A DNA stretch of 32,000 nt from Candidatus Methanoperedens sp. (GTDB lineage Archaea > Halobacteriota > Methanosarcinia > Methanosarcinales > Methanoperedenaceae), in NCBI GenBank assembly GCA_027460535.1, contig JAPZAR010000014.1:1-32000 (forward strand), written 5' to 3'. Made by a program: the position numbers and the translations under genes. Each line of letters starts with the position of its first letter. The first letter of the stretch is position 1. A model generated the notes under the pieces. That model made no database searches. It was given only the letters and a program-made list of their open reading frames with translations, and had not been told where the DNA came from. Shown in pieces: positions 8,180 through 16,600 of the stretch.

Positions 8180-8315
8180 AAATCCGCCGTATCTCATAGA
8201 TCGTGAGGTTGCTCCGGGAACATATCGGCGCCGGAGTTTAATATGTATATTGTGATAAATATACCACTCGAATGTCCTGCTCCTCCGGACAACCAATGGA
8301 GCGCCGGCGGATTTA
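8180..8315. other. About 136-nt highly self-complementary intergenic element (candidate structured RNA or MITE-like element)
   Basis: A 10-bp closing inverted repeat, AAATCCGCCG (8180-8189) / CGGCGGATTT (8306-8315). It encloses local hairpins such as CTCCGG (8212-8217) / CCGGAG (8231-8236). It lies between the convergent PAS and purL genes. Confidence 0.3.
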
Positions 8316-8373
8316 ACGGAGAAATCTGGATACACAACCTGAAAAGGAAACTCTGAACCTGCAATAATTCACT

Positions 8374-11304
8374 CTACCACCGCAACGTCTTTTGCCACGC
8401 CTCCTTCAGCTCATCTATCCCCGCGCTCAGCACCACTTTCTCCCCGTCCATCACCGTGAAATTCTGCTGCGCTGTAACCACGCCCACATCCGCAAGCACG
8501 TTTCTTTTCATTATCTCTTCGAACCTCGCAACCTTATCCTGCGCCAGAGTCACCACGAACCTGCTCTGGGATTCTGAAAACAATATCGTATCCGCACGCT
8601 TGATATTCTCTACAGGTACCTTCGTCAATTCGATTGTCACACCAAGGCCGCCGGAGAAAGCACTCTCAGCCAGCGCCACACCCAGACCGCCGTCAGAGCA
8701 GTCATGGCATGAAGCTACCAGCCCTTCGCTGATGGCCTTTTCAAGTGCAGCGTAAAGCCGCTTTGCCAAAGTCGCATCCACTTTCGGCACATCGTTCCCG
8801 ATAAAACCAAGGGAGGCGTAATACTCTGAGGCTCCGAGTTCATCTTTTGTCATTCCGAGAACATAGACCCTGTCATCGGGTCTTTTAACGTCCATAGTAA
8901 CTGCCTTTCTGACATCCTCAATCTTGCCTATCGTCGAAAAAAGCACCGTGGGCGGGATGGAGATTTTCCTGTTTCCAATGATATAATCGTTCTTCATGCT
9001 GTCCTTTCCCGAGATGCAGGGAACCCCGTAAGCTTTTGTGTAATCGTATAAAGCCATATTCGCCCTCACAAGCTGGGCGAGTTTGAATTCACCATCCGGG
9101 TTCTTCACCGACTTAACAGGGTCGCACCAGCAGAAATTATCAAGACCGGCCACATGGTCAAGAGAGCCTCCAACAGCAATGTGGTTCCTGATAGCCTCAT
9201 CGATGGCACATGCGGTCATGTGGTAGGTATCTATATCGCCGTAGCGCGGGCATATGCCGTTCGCGACCACAACGCCTTCCATGCTGTCAAGCAGCGGGCG
9301 GACCACCGCGGCATCGCTCGGGCCGTCGCCCTGGAGGGGTTTTATCACCGAGCCGCCCTGCACCTCGTGGTCGTACTGCCGGATGACATATTCTTTCGAG
9401 CAGATATTGAGACGCGAGAGGAGGTTTTTCAATGCCGCTGCCAGGTCAACAATTCCAAGCACTGGCTCCTCGAATTTCCCGGGCACCCAGCGTGCATTCA
9501 GTTTCATAATGGGAAGTCCTTTGTGGAGAAAATCCATACCCAGATAAGCCACTGTGTTATCACCGTACTTTGCATGGAATTTCCCGCTGGCTGTGAATGT
9601 CCCTATGACAGTAGCTTCTACGTCCCTTGTTCTGGCAAATTGCAGGAACTCATCTATTTTATCAGGCGCCACTGCAAGGGTCATTCTTTCCTGGGATTCG
9701 GAAAGCAGTATTTCCCATGGGTCAAGCCCCGCGTATTTGAGAGGGCATTTCTCAAGCTCGATGAGGCATCCGCCGGAGAGCTGCGCCATCTCTCCCACAG
9801 AAGAGGACAATCCGCCTGCCCCGTTGTCAGTAATGGCGTCGTACAGTCCTTTATCCCTTGCCTCAAGCAGGAAATCGAGCATCTTCTTCTGGGTTATCGG
9901 GTCTCCTATCTGAACGGCGGTAACTGGGGAATTCTCATCGAGTTCAAGTGAGGAAAAAGTTGCTCCGTGTATGCCATCTTTCCCTATGCGTCCTCCTGTC
10001 ATCACTATGAGGTCGCCTTTCTGGATCTCTTTTATATGTGACGGCTTACCATTTATTGCAGAGGGCATTATCCCTCCTGTTCCGCAGTACACCAGGGGCT
10101 TTCCCAGGTACCTGTCATCAAAAACGATGCAGCCGTTCACCGTGGGGATACCGCTCTTATTTCCTCCGTGTTCCACGCCACGGCGCACGCCTTCGAATAT
10201 CCTTTTGGGATGAAAGAGGCGCGGTGGAAGTTCCATGTCATAGAACGGTGAGGCGAAGCAAAGAACATCAGTATTAAAGATCAACCGCGCACCCATACCC
10301 GTGCCCAGAGGGTCACGGTTCACTCCCACGATCCCCGTGATCGCACCGCCGTAAGGGTCAAGGGCAGAGGGTGTGTTATGCGTTTCAACCTTCATAACAA
10401 GGTTATGCTCATCGTTGAATTTTATAACACCTGCATTGTCGGTAAAAACCGATACAAGCCACGGCTTATTTATCTCCCTTGTTGAACGTTTAATAAAAGT
10501 ATCAAAAAGCGAATTTATGGTCTTTGTGATTTTTCCATCTGTATAAGTTATCTGGCTGTTGAATATCTTGTGTTTGCAGTGTTCCGACCATGTCTGCGCA
10601 AGCACTTCTATTTCCACATCGGTCGGCATGGAAAGGCCAATCTCTTCTCTTTCAGTTATGATTTCTTTATTATTGAAATATTTTTGTATCGTTCTCATCT
10701 CGGAAATGTTGAGGGCAAGAAGCCGCTGCCTGCTAATTTCCTTCAATTCATTTTCGCTTACATGCAGATTTATTGTCGAGACAGATGGTATGTGTTTTTC
10801 TTTGACTACAGGAAGAGGAAGCCGTACGCCCTTTTTTTTATCCCATTCTCTATTGCCGACAATTTCCCATTTCTCTATCAGGCCATTGGCGAGAAGACCG
10901 CCAGCGATCCTCTCCGCATTTTCTTTTGAAAGGTCCCCTTTCAGGAGATATTGCTTTGAAAAATAAACTCCATGCAGCGTTGTTCTCAATACATCCTCAG
11001 ATGCTTTTTTTGCAGTCGTTCCGACATTGTCTGTCACACCCGGCCTGAACCCGACTTCTATCAGCCAGGAAAAATCCCGGGCCAGGGGTTTTTCTGAAAA
11101 AACCTGTATCACGGGGTCTGCAAATAGTTTATCACCGAGGAGAGAAAGTTCTTCCTTTGTGAGTTCTGGATCGAACGTATAAACATCAATGGTCCTGACC
11201 GATTCCACATTAATATGAATATCATCAATAATTCTTTTTTTGATACTTTCCCCAAGAGCATCTCTCACACCTTTTTTAAAAGCGACTTCGATTCTGCTGG
11301 CCAT
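8374..11304 (-). CDS. purL: Phosphoribosylformylglycinamidine (FGAM) synthase PurL with a PurS-like N-terminal extension
   Basis: 976 aa. 'LAQTWSEHCKHKIF' is the PurL signature, but it sits near residue 240 instead of near the N-terminus. AIR-synthase-like repeats follow ('GGAITGIVGVNRDP', 'DNGAGGLSSSVGEMA', 'SGKDSMKND', 'HDCSDGGLGVALAE'). No glutaminase domain is present. Confidence 0.9.
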   Translation of the reverse strand: MASRIEVAFKKGVRDALGESIKKRIIDDIHINVESVRTIDVYTFDPELTKEELSLLGDKLFADPVIQVFSEKPLARDFSWLIEVGFRPGVTDNVGTTAKKASEDVLRTTLHGVYFSKQYLLKGDLSKENAERIAGGLLANGLIEKWEIVGNREWDKKKGVRLPLPVVKEKHIPSVSTINLHVSENELKEISRQRLLALNISEMRTIQKYFNNKEIITEREEIGLSMPTDVEIEVLAQTWSEHCKHKIFNSQITYTDGKITKTINSLFDTFIKRSTREINKPWLVSVFTDNAGVIKFNDEHNLVMKVETHNTPSALDPYGGAITGIVGVNRDPLGTGMGARLIFNTDVLCFASPFYDMELPPRLFHPKRIFEGVRRGVEHGGNKSGIPTVNGCIVFDDRYLGKPLVYCGTGGIMPSAINGKPSHIKEIQKGDLIVMTGGRIGKDGIHGATFSSLELDENSPVTAVQIGDPITQKKMLDFLLEARDKGLYDAITDNGAGGLSSSVGEMAQLSGGCLIELEKCPLKYAGLDPWEILLSESQERMTLAVAPDKIDEFLQFARTRDVEATVIGTFTASGKFHAKYGDNTVAYLGMDFLHKGLPIMKLNARWVPGKFEEPVLGIVDLAAALKNLLSRLNICSKEYVIRQYDHEVQGGSVIKPLQGDGPSDAAVVRPLLDSMEGVVVANGICPRYGDIDTYHMTACAIDEAIRNHIAVGGSLDHVAGLDNFCWCDPVKSVKNPDGEFKLAQLVRANMALYDYTKAYGVPCISGKDSMKNDYIIGNRKISIPPTVLFSTIGKIEDVRKAVTMDVKRPDDRVYVLGMTKDELGASEYYASLGFIGNDVPKVDATLAKRLYAALEKAISEGLVASCHDCSDGGLGVALAESAFSGGLGVTIELTKVPVENIKRADTILFSESQSRFVVTLAQDKVARFEEIMKRNVLADVGVVTAQQNFTVMDGEKVVLSAGIDELKEAWQKTLRW

Positions 11305-11575
11305 TATTCGTCCCTAGGAGTCTTATTACGAGCGGGAGACTATAAAATAATATGCAATTGACAGAACAAAATGGAAGCGTTTTTGTATAATGATGAACCC
11401 ACTCCCCAACCCCTCAATTCCACCTTAGTTCATCATCATGCAAATATATTGTTATAGTAGCACTATTAAATGTCCTGTTATCATCAAAGTAATACCAAAA
11501 TAGTGCCTTTGACAATTTTGATTTGAAAAGATTTATTAGGTATTAATCTAGTGTTATTTTGGTAGTAATGATATA

Positions 11576-12634
11576 ATGGTCGTCAGAAAAAACATATCAT
11601 TGGAAAATACCCATATTAAGAAGCTTGAGCCGATGGCCAAGAAGCACGAAGGGAACTTGAGTGCTGCAATCAGGGATGCCATAGATATAGCAGAGGCAGC
11701 ACTGCACCGTTACGGCACGGTCGAAAAAGCAATATCAAGCATTAGTGCAGAGAAAAAAGAATTGACAGCAAGGGAAAAATCCATAGAAGCAGGGAAAAGC
11801 GTGTTAGTCAGCAGCCCGATCTTCCTTTGGGCATTGAGATGGACGAAAGGGATTCCTCTTGATAAAGAAATAATAGATGAATTACTTGACCCTTTGAAAA
11901 TAAAGACCATGTCGGAACTGGATAAGCAAGTAAACAGCATGAGCAGGGAATCAGGTTGGAACTGTGAGGTATCCATATTCTGCATGGATGACATAGATCC
12001 TTCAACTGTGACAGTGGCGATATCGGGAGACAATGAATCTTACAGGGATTTCCTCGCCCAGCTGGTTGTGACGTTCCTGGTCAATAACAAATATCTTGAC
12101 ATCGACGTTATCCACAGAAGGGCCACGGCTGTTCGGATCGATTTAAAGAAAAGGGATGACGGGACCCTCCCGGTTGTCGCGAATAAATATTTCGGTGATC
12201 TGAAAACTGCAATTGACGAGTTCATATCCAGAAAAGATTTTTGGAGGGAACTTGTAGAGATATACAGTTCCGTAAATTACAATATGGTATCTTTACATAA
12301 GGACCACTATGAAGACCTGCTTGCCAGCAACACACCCCTGGATTCTGTTATTTTCGAATCCTTATCGGGAAAACACATATCAAGCATTCAGCATGCTGAT
12401 TTCCTGAAGATGTTAAAGAGAACGCACGAATCCCTGCTGTTAGTCGACAAAATAGAGATCGTTGAAAATGGAATCAATGTCTATCACCATTATAAAAACG
12501 ATAAAGCCCTGCAGAAAATCCGGGATTATTATATTTTGCTTCTCCGTGCAAACGGCCATGATTACGAGGCGAAATATTCTACAAGCCTGCTGGTCCTGAA
12601 TCATGTATGTTGCAGAAATCAAATAACTACCTAA
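11576..12634 (+). CDS. Ribbon-helix-helix (CopG-like) N-terminal domain protein, function unknown
   Basis: 352 aa. The N-terminus 'RKNISLENTHIKKLEPMAKKHEGNLSAAIRDAIDIAEAAL' has the beta-strand / helix / helix pattern of RHH DNA-binding domains. The remainder is unrecognised. Confidence 0.45.
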   Translation: MVVRKNISLENTHIKKLEPMAKKHEGNLSAAIRDAIDIAEAALHRYGTVEKAISSISAEKKELTAREKSIEAGKSVLVSSPIFLWALRWTKGIPLDKEIIDELLDPLKIKTMSELDKQVNSMSRESGWNCEVSIFCMDDIDPSTVTVAISGDNESYRDFLAQLVVTFLVNNKYLDIDVIHRRATAVRIDLKKRDDGTLPVVANKYFGDLKTAIDEFISRKDFWRELVEIYSSVNYNMVSLHKDHYEDLLASNTPLDSVIFESLSGKHISSIQHADFLKMLKRTHESLLLVDKIEIVENGINVYHHYKNDKALQKIRDYYILLLRANGHDYEAKYSTSLLVLNHVCCRNQITT

Positions 12635-13650
12635 ATAACTATCACTTTTTTTGCAATGTCTCTGCATGCAGGCATAAAATCAAAAGGATTCAAAGACGGA
12701 AAAGTATCTATTAAACAAATACTCCCATCTGTTACTGCTCTGCCAAGTTTCCTGATATCGCCATGATATACCATTATCTCTGTCGCACCACATGCTTTTG
12801 CAATGAGTACAGGTTCGTCGCCTATTAATTTATTTTTTTCATAATCCTGTTTTTGGAACTCAATTTTTACGCCGAGGATTTCTGAATTCGCCATGACGTT
12901 CAAAACAGCATTTTCGACAGCAGGAAGCCATGCATCGTTCAGTATCACCTTTTTTGCCCCTGCAAGTGCGCACAAAAGCCCAAGCGTTCCCGGGCCGCAA
13001 AAACCATCCACAACTACGGCATTGTTAAGTTCGCCTTTCAGGTATTGCTCCTCGATTTTTTTAATTTTGGTATTCGTGAACTCTATGTGTATCCTGGATT
13101 GATTCTTATAAACACATAACTCACCAAAAGATGAGGAAACAACATCACACCGCATATCGCAGCCTGAAAGTAATTCATAGGTATGTGGTTTTCTGTCGGT
13201 ATCCAGTATTCCCACGCTCCGGGATTGCGGGCCTGTTCTTTTGACCACCCCTTTAATTTCCGGTACATCAGCCATTATTTTATCTGCTACGTCCTTTGAA
13301 ACTGAATCCATGATAAGGACAAGATTCTTGCGATCAAGCCTTGGGGGGTATGGCACCTGAAAACCGAAAGCTATGAGAGGAGTTCCAACCTCTTTGAGTG
13401 CTGCATCTTCTGGAAAAATCCCATTTTCTTTGAGTATTGTAAGCACATGTCCGATCACAAGATCAAGATGTCTTTTGCCGCATTTTGTGCACCGTCCAGT
13501 GTTTTCGTCGATCTTTTCACGAAACGGCTTGTTCTTATTGAACTTGGGGTCGGGTGGGCATGAACTGCATGCCATGTACATGCCGTAGATCTCATCAAGC
13601 ACTTTTTCAGCAGGTAATACGCAATTCCCGCCGCAGGTGGGACATTTCAT
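12631..13650 (-). CDS. Zn-ribbon-containing Trm1-like class I SAM-dependent methyltransferase (putative)
   Basis: 339 aa. N-terminal CxxC pairs ('MKCPTCGGNC', 'CSSC', 'CTKCGKRH'). C-terminal 'VVDGFCGPGTLGLLCALAGAKKVILNDAWLPAVENAVLNVMAN' resembles the SAM-binding core of Trm1-type methyltransferases. Confidence 0.5.
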   Translation of the reverse strand: MKCPTCGGNCVLPAEKVLDEIYGMYMACSSCPPDPKFNKNKPFREKIDENTGRCTKCGKRHLDLVIGHVLTILKENGIFPEDAALKEVGTPLIAFGFQVPYPPRLDRKNLVLIMDSVSKDVADKIMADVPEIKGVVKRTGPQSRSVGILDTDRKPHTYELLSGCDMRCDVVSSSFGELCVYKNQSRIHIEFTNTKIKKIEEQYLKGELNNAVVVDGFCGPGTLGLLCALAGAKKVILNDAWLPAVENAVLNVMANSEILGVKIEFQKQDYEKNKLIGDEPVLIAKACGATEIMVYHGDIRKLGRAVTDGSICLIDTFPSLNPFDFMPACRDIAKKVIVI

Positions 13651-13811
13651 AATTGCATATTTTTGGTTAGAGTTAAATAGCTATCGTGAAGGTCTGGATT
13701 TTCTGTAAAATATATGCGGCAAACGGAATCCTTCACGGAACCGGGGAGAAGACGTAACTGGGGTTTCACCTGTAAATAGTTGCGTCAAATGACCACATGG
13801 ATTTTCAGCTT

Positions 13812-13946
13812 TTAATTTTTCGGGAACTCATGCCCGCAGTTGGGGCACTGTATCATGTCACATTTCATGAAAAACGGGCAGGATTTGCATGCCTGGCTTT
13901 CATCGGTATCAAATCTCGTTCCACATAGGGGGCATTGTGTTTTCAT
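13812..13946 (-). CDS. Small Cys-rich zinc-ribbon protein (44 aa), translationally coupled to feoB
   Basis: My own translation: MKTQCPLCGTRFDTDESQACKSCPFFMKCDMIQCPNCGHEFPKN*. It has three CxxC pairs plus one extra Cys. Its ATG (13946-13944) overlaps the feoB TGA (13945-13943) as ATGA. It falls below the ORF-track length cutoff. Confidence 0.5.
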   Translation of the reverse strand: MKTQCPLCGTRFDTDESQACKSCPFFMKCDMIQCPNCGHEFPKN

Positions 13947-15949
13947 AGGAGGTGGTAGTATTCAATAAACCTGTAAGCGATCCCCCCGATAACTACCGCA
14001 AGAGCTATCGTGAATGCCACAATGCCTCCTGCCCGCTTCCATCCAAGTTCGCGACCCAGGACAGCAATGGTTGCAACGCACGGGATGTAGATGGTATTCA
14101 CAAGCGCATAAACGAATAGCTGGGCCGGGGTCATGAAAAGGAGCAGGTTCTTTGCGCCCCCTCCATACATAACGATCGCAAGCGTGACGAGCAGCTGAAG
14201 GGCTAGTTCCTTCCGGAGAATAGCGAATATAAGGGTCAGCCCTGCTACAGCAGGAAGCCCGAGCCATCCTTCCACGATCGGTGATAGTGGCGATGAAAGT
14301 TTCCACAGATAACCTGTCTCATAAAGTGCCCCCAGCACAAGTGACCCTGCAAGCACTATGGGAAATGCCACGAACACGAAATCCTTGAACCTATGCCAAG
14401 TTTTCTTAATTATATTTGACATTAAAGGCGCCCTGAAAGGGAACATCTCCATAACAAGACCCGTGGAAGTACCGGGCATAACCTTGTTTAGCCCAACTCC
14501 TACCAGGAACACAAGAGCAAGTACTATGACGTATATGGCTACGGCTGGCTTCCAGCCCACGAAAAGGGAGACCGCGCCCAGGATCACAGCCGTCCGCGCG
14601 CTGCATGGGATAAGTGTGATCAGGGTACTGGCAATTGTGCGTTCTCGCATCGTAGTCAGTACGCGCGTACCTATTATAGCGGGCACATTACATCCTGCGC
14701 CTGCTACAAGTGGGATGATGGCCCGCCCGTGAAGCCCGAACTTGTGCATCAGCCTGTCTGTAAGAAAAGCGACGGAGTTCAAGTATCCCGTATCCTCAAG
14801 AAAAGCGAGCATGAAATAGAAGGTCAGTACATAGGGTATTCCTACTGCAAGCGCAGCCAGGATGCCTGCGTCAAAGCCCCAGACAAGCGTTTTTCCGATA
14901 TGTCCCTGTCCGAATATATAGAATATCGCACCGTCGATCACAGGCGACATGTACGAGGCCCATAAGCTGCTGAATAGTGTAGAAAGCCAGTTCCCACCGT
15001 AGAACATGAAAGCGAAAATTATCCCGAGAACACTGATAAGTAGAGGTATCCCGGTTATAGGCGAAGTGGTATATGCCCATATCTTATCGGATTTCGCAGG
15101 TGCAATATCCCCCTGTACCTGTGAGGCTATCGTTCCCGCAAGTCCGTGCCTTTCACGGGCGATCCTGAGCGGTGTTTTTTCACCGTGCTTTTTCTCTATC
15201 TCCCGACTTATCTTTCTGGTTTCTTCCAGTATGGATTTTCCATCCGGATGTTTTTTCACCAGTTCTACAAATTCCAGATCCTCTTCAAGAAGCAGTATTG
15301 CCAGTGCCCTGGGATTTATCCCGAAATCGTAAGCCTTGAGTAGATTTTCTATCTGTCGTATGTTCGATTCAATGTCATCCCCGTAATGTAGATCGTAATT
15401 GATTTGTGTTTTTTTTCTCGCGATATCGACGGCTTTCTGAATAAGCTCATCAAGGCCATGCCCGGTCGTGGCTATGGTCGGGACAACGGGAACACCGAGA
15501 AGCTCTGAAAGTTTTAGAGAGTCAATAATAATATTCCTTTTCTCTGCTTCATCTATGAGGTTCAAAGCAACGACGATCGGGATGCCAAGATCGATGAACT
15601 GGAGCGTCATATAGAGGTTCCTGGCAAGGTTAGTGGCGTCGAGTATCATTATCGCGGCGTCTGGCGTGCAGTCAAGTATGGCTCTTCGTGCTACCCACTG
15701 GTCTTCTGACACGGCCCCCAGTGCATAGCTGCCCGGAAGATCGATTATTCCTATCCTGAGATCTTTAAAAGACGTTGCAGCCATGTTCAATTCAACGGTT
15801 TTTCCAGGATAGTTGGCGGTCACCACGCCCATCCCCGTCAGACGGTTGAATATACTGGATTTTCCCACGTTTGGATTGCCTGCAAGTGCGAACGTAAAAT
15901 CTGTGCTGCCCTTTATGTCCCTTAGGGCACCGTGGCATGAGAGCGTCAT
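13943..15949 (-). CDS. feoB: Ferrous iron transport protein B (FeoB)
   Basis: 668 aa. N-terminal G-domain 'ALAGNPNVGKSSIFNRLTG...DLPGSYAL...ALNLIDEA' followed by a polytopic membrane domain. Confidence 0.95.
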   Translation of the reverse strand: MTLSCHGALRDIKGSTDFTFALAGNPNVGKSSIFNRLTGMGVVTANYPGKTVELNMAATSFKDLRIGIIDLPGSYALGAVSEDQWVARRAILDCTPDAAIMILDATNLARNLYMTLQFIDLGIPIVVALNLIDEAEKRNIIIDSLKLSELLGVPVVPTIATTGHGLDELIQKAVDIARKKTQINYDLHYGDDIESNIRQIENLLKAYDFGINPRALAILLLEEDLEFVELVKKHPDGKSILEETRKISREIEKKHGEKTPLRIARERHGLAGTIASQVQGDIAPAKSDKIWAYTTSPITGIPLLISVLGIIFAFMFYGGNWLSTLFSSLWASYMSPVIDGAIFYIFGQGHIGKTLVWGFDAGILAALAVGIPYVLTFYFMLAFLEDTGYLNSVAFLTDRLMHKFGLHGRAIIPLVAGAGCNVPAIIGTRVLTTMRERTIASTLITLIPCSARTAVILGAVSLFVGWKPAVAIYVIVLALVFLVGVGLNKVMPGTSTGLVMEMFPFRAPLMSNIIKKTWHRFKDFVFVAFPIVLAGSLVLGALYETGYLWKLSSPLSPIVEGWLGLPAVAGLTLIFAILRKELALQLLVTLAIVMYGGGAKNLLLFMTPAQLFVYALVNTIYIPCVATIAVLGRELGWKRAGGIVAFTIALAVVIGGIAYRFIEYYHLL

Positions 15950-16600
15950 TTATTTTACCTTGATCTTTGAAGCCACTTCTCTACCAAGAGCGTAGCGTGA
16001 GCCTCCAACACAAACAATTAGCGGACCACCGAATGGAGCAACTTCCTCCACCTTTACACATACATCAGGTATCAATCCAAGCGAAGCAAGGTACTGGAGC
16101 ATTTTTGGGTCTTCTTCAAAAACGCTGACTATAATCCCCTTCTCGGCGGCTCTTAATTCTGACAGCGGCTTAACTTTTTCCTTTGTTAACTTTCCGTTCT
16201 TGTCAGGGATAGGATGACCATGCGGGCATGTTCTGGGGTTCCCAAGGCTCTCTGCAATTCGGTCTTCCATCTCCGGGCTTATCGCATGTTCAAGCTTGCA
16301 CGCTTCGTCATGCACCTCATCCCATTTGAAGCCCAGGATATCGGTAAGCAGGCGCTCAGATAAGCGATGTCTCCGGATGACCTTTTTGGCTATTGTATTT
16401 CCTTCCTGGGTCAGGCATACACCCTTTTCTGAATGGCTGACCAGATCCTTGCTTGCAAGTTTTTTCACCATCTCTGAGACCGATGGGGGGGAAAGCTTCA
16501 GATGCTCAGCAAGGCGGGATGTGCTTACCGGGTGCTGCTCCTGCTGGAGTTTATAGATTGATTCAAGGTATTCTTCGATCCTCGGGGTATCAGTTCCCAT
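15950..16600 (-). CDS. DtxR/IdeR/MntR-family metal-dependent transcriptional repressor with C-terminal FeoA/SH3-like domain
   Basis: 216 aa. 'IEEYLESIYKL...SRLAEHLKLSPPSVSEMVKKL...RRHRLSERLLTDILGFKWDEVHDEACKLEHAIS...CPHGHPIP' matches the DtxR-family helix-turn-helix and metal-site layout. The C-terminal part 'GIIVSVFEEDPKMLQYLASLGLIPDVCVKVEEV' is FeoA/SH3-like. Its stop abuts the feoB ATG (TAAATG). Confidence 0.9.
   Translation of the reverse strand: MGTDTPRIEEYLESIYKLQQEQHPVSTSRLAEHLKLSPPSVSEMVKKLASKDLVSHSEKGVCLTQEGNTIAKKVIRRHRLSERLLTDILGFKWDEVHDEACKLEHAISPEMEDRIAESLGNPRTCPHGHPIPDKNGKLTKEKVKPLSELRAAEKGIIVSVFEEDPKMLQYLASLGLIPDVCVKVEEVAPFGGPLIVCVGGSRYALGREVASKIKVK

Noticed and set aside
8250-8345. 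C/D-box sRNA (GTGATA near 8252, CTGA near 8339)
   Set aside because: The C box deviates from RUGAUGA. The spacing of about 87 nt is too long for archaeal C/D sRNAs. No C'/D' boxes are present.
9154-9951. 265-aa plus-strand ORF (and several shorter ones) antisense to purL
   Set aside because: It lies entirely inside the well-supported purL gene on the opposite strand. Its composition is low-complexity and Arg/His/Cys-rich, typical of antisense frames in GC-richer coding DNA. No motif is present.
13947-13954. Strong AGGAGGTG Shine-Dalgarno-like sequence on the plus strand
   Set aside because: No start codon follows within range on the plus strand. The sequence is simply the reverse complement of the feoB C-terminal codons (YYHLL*).
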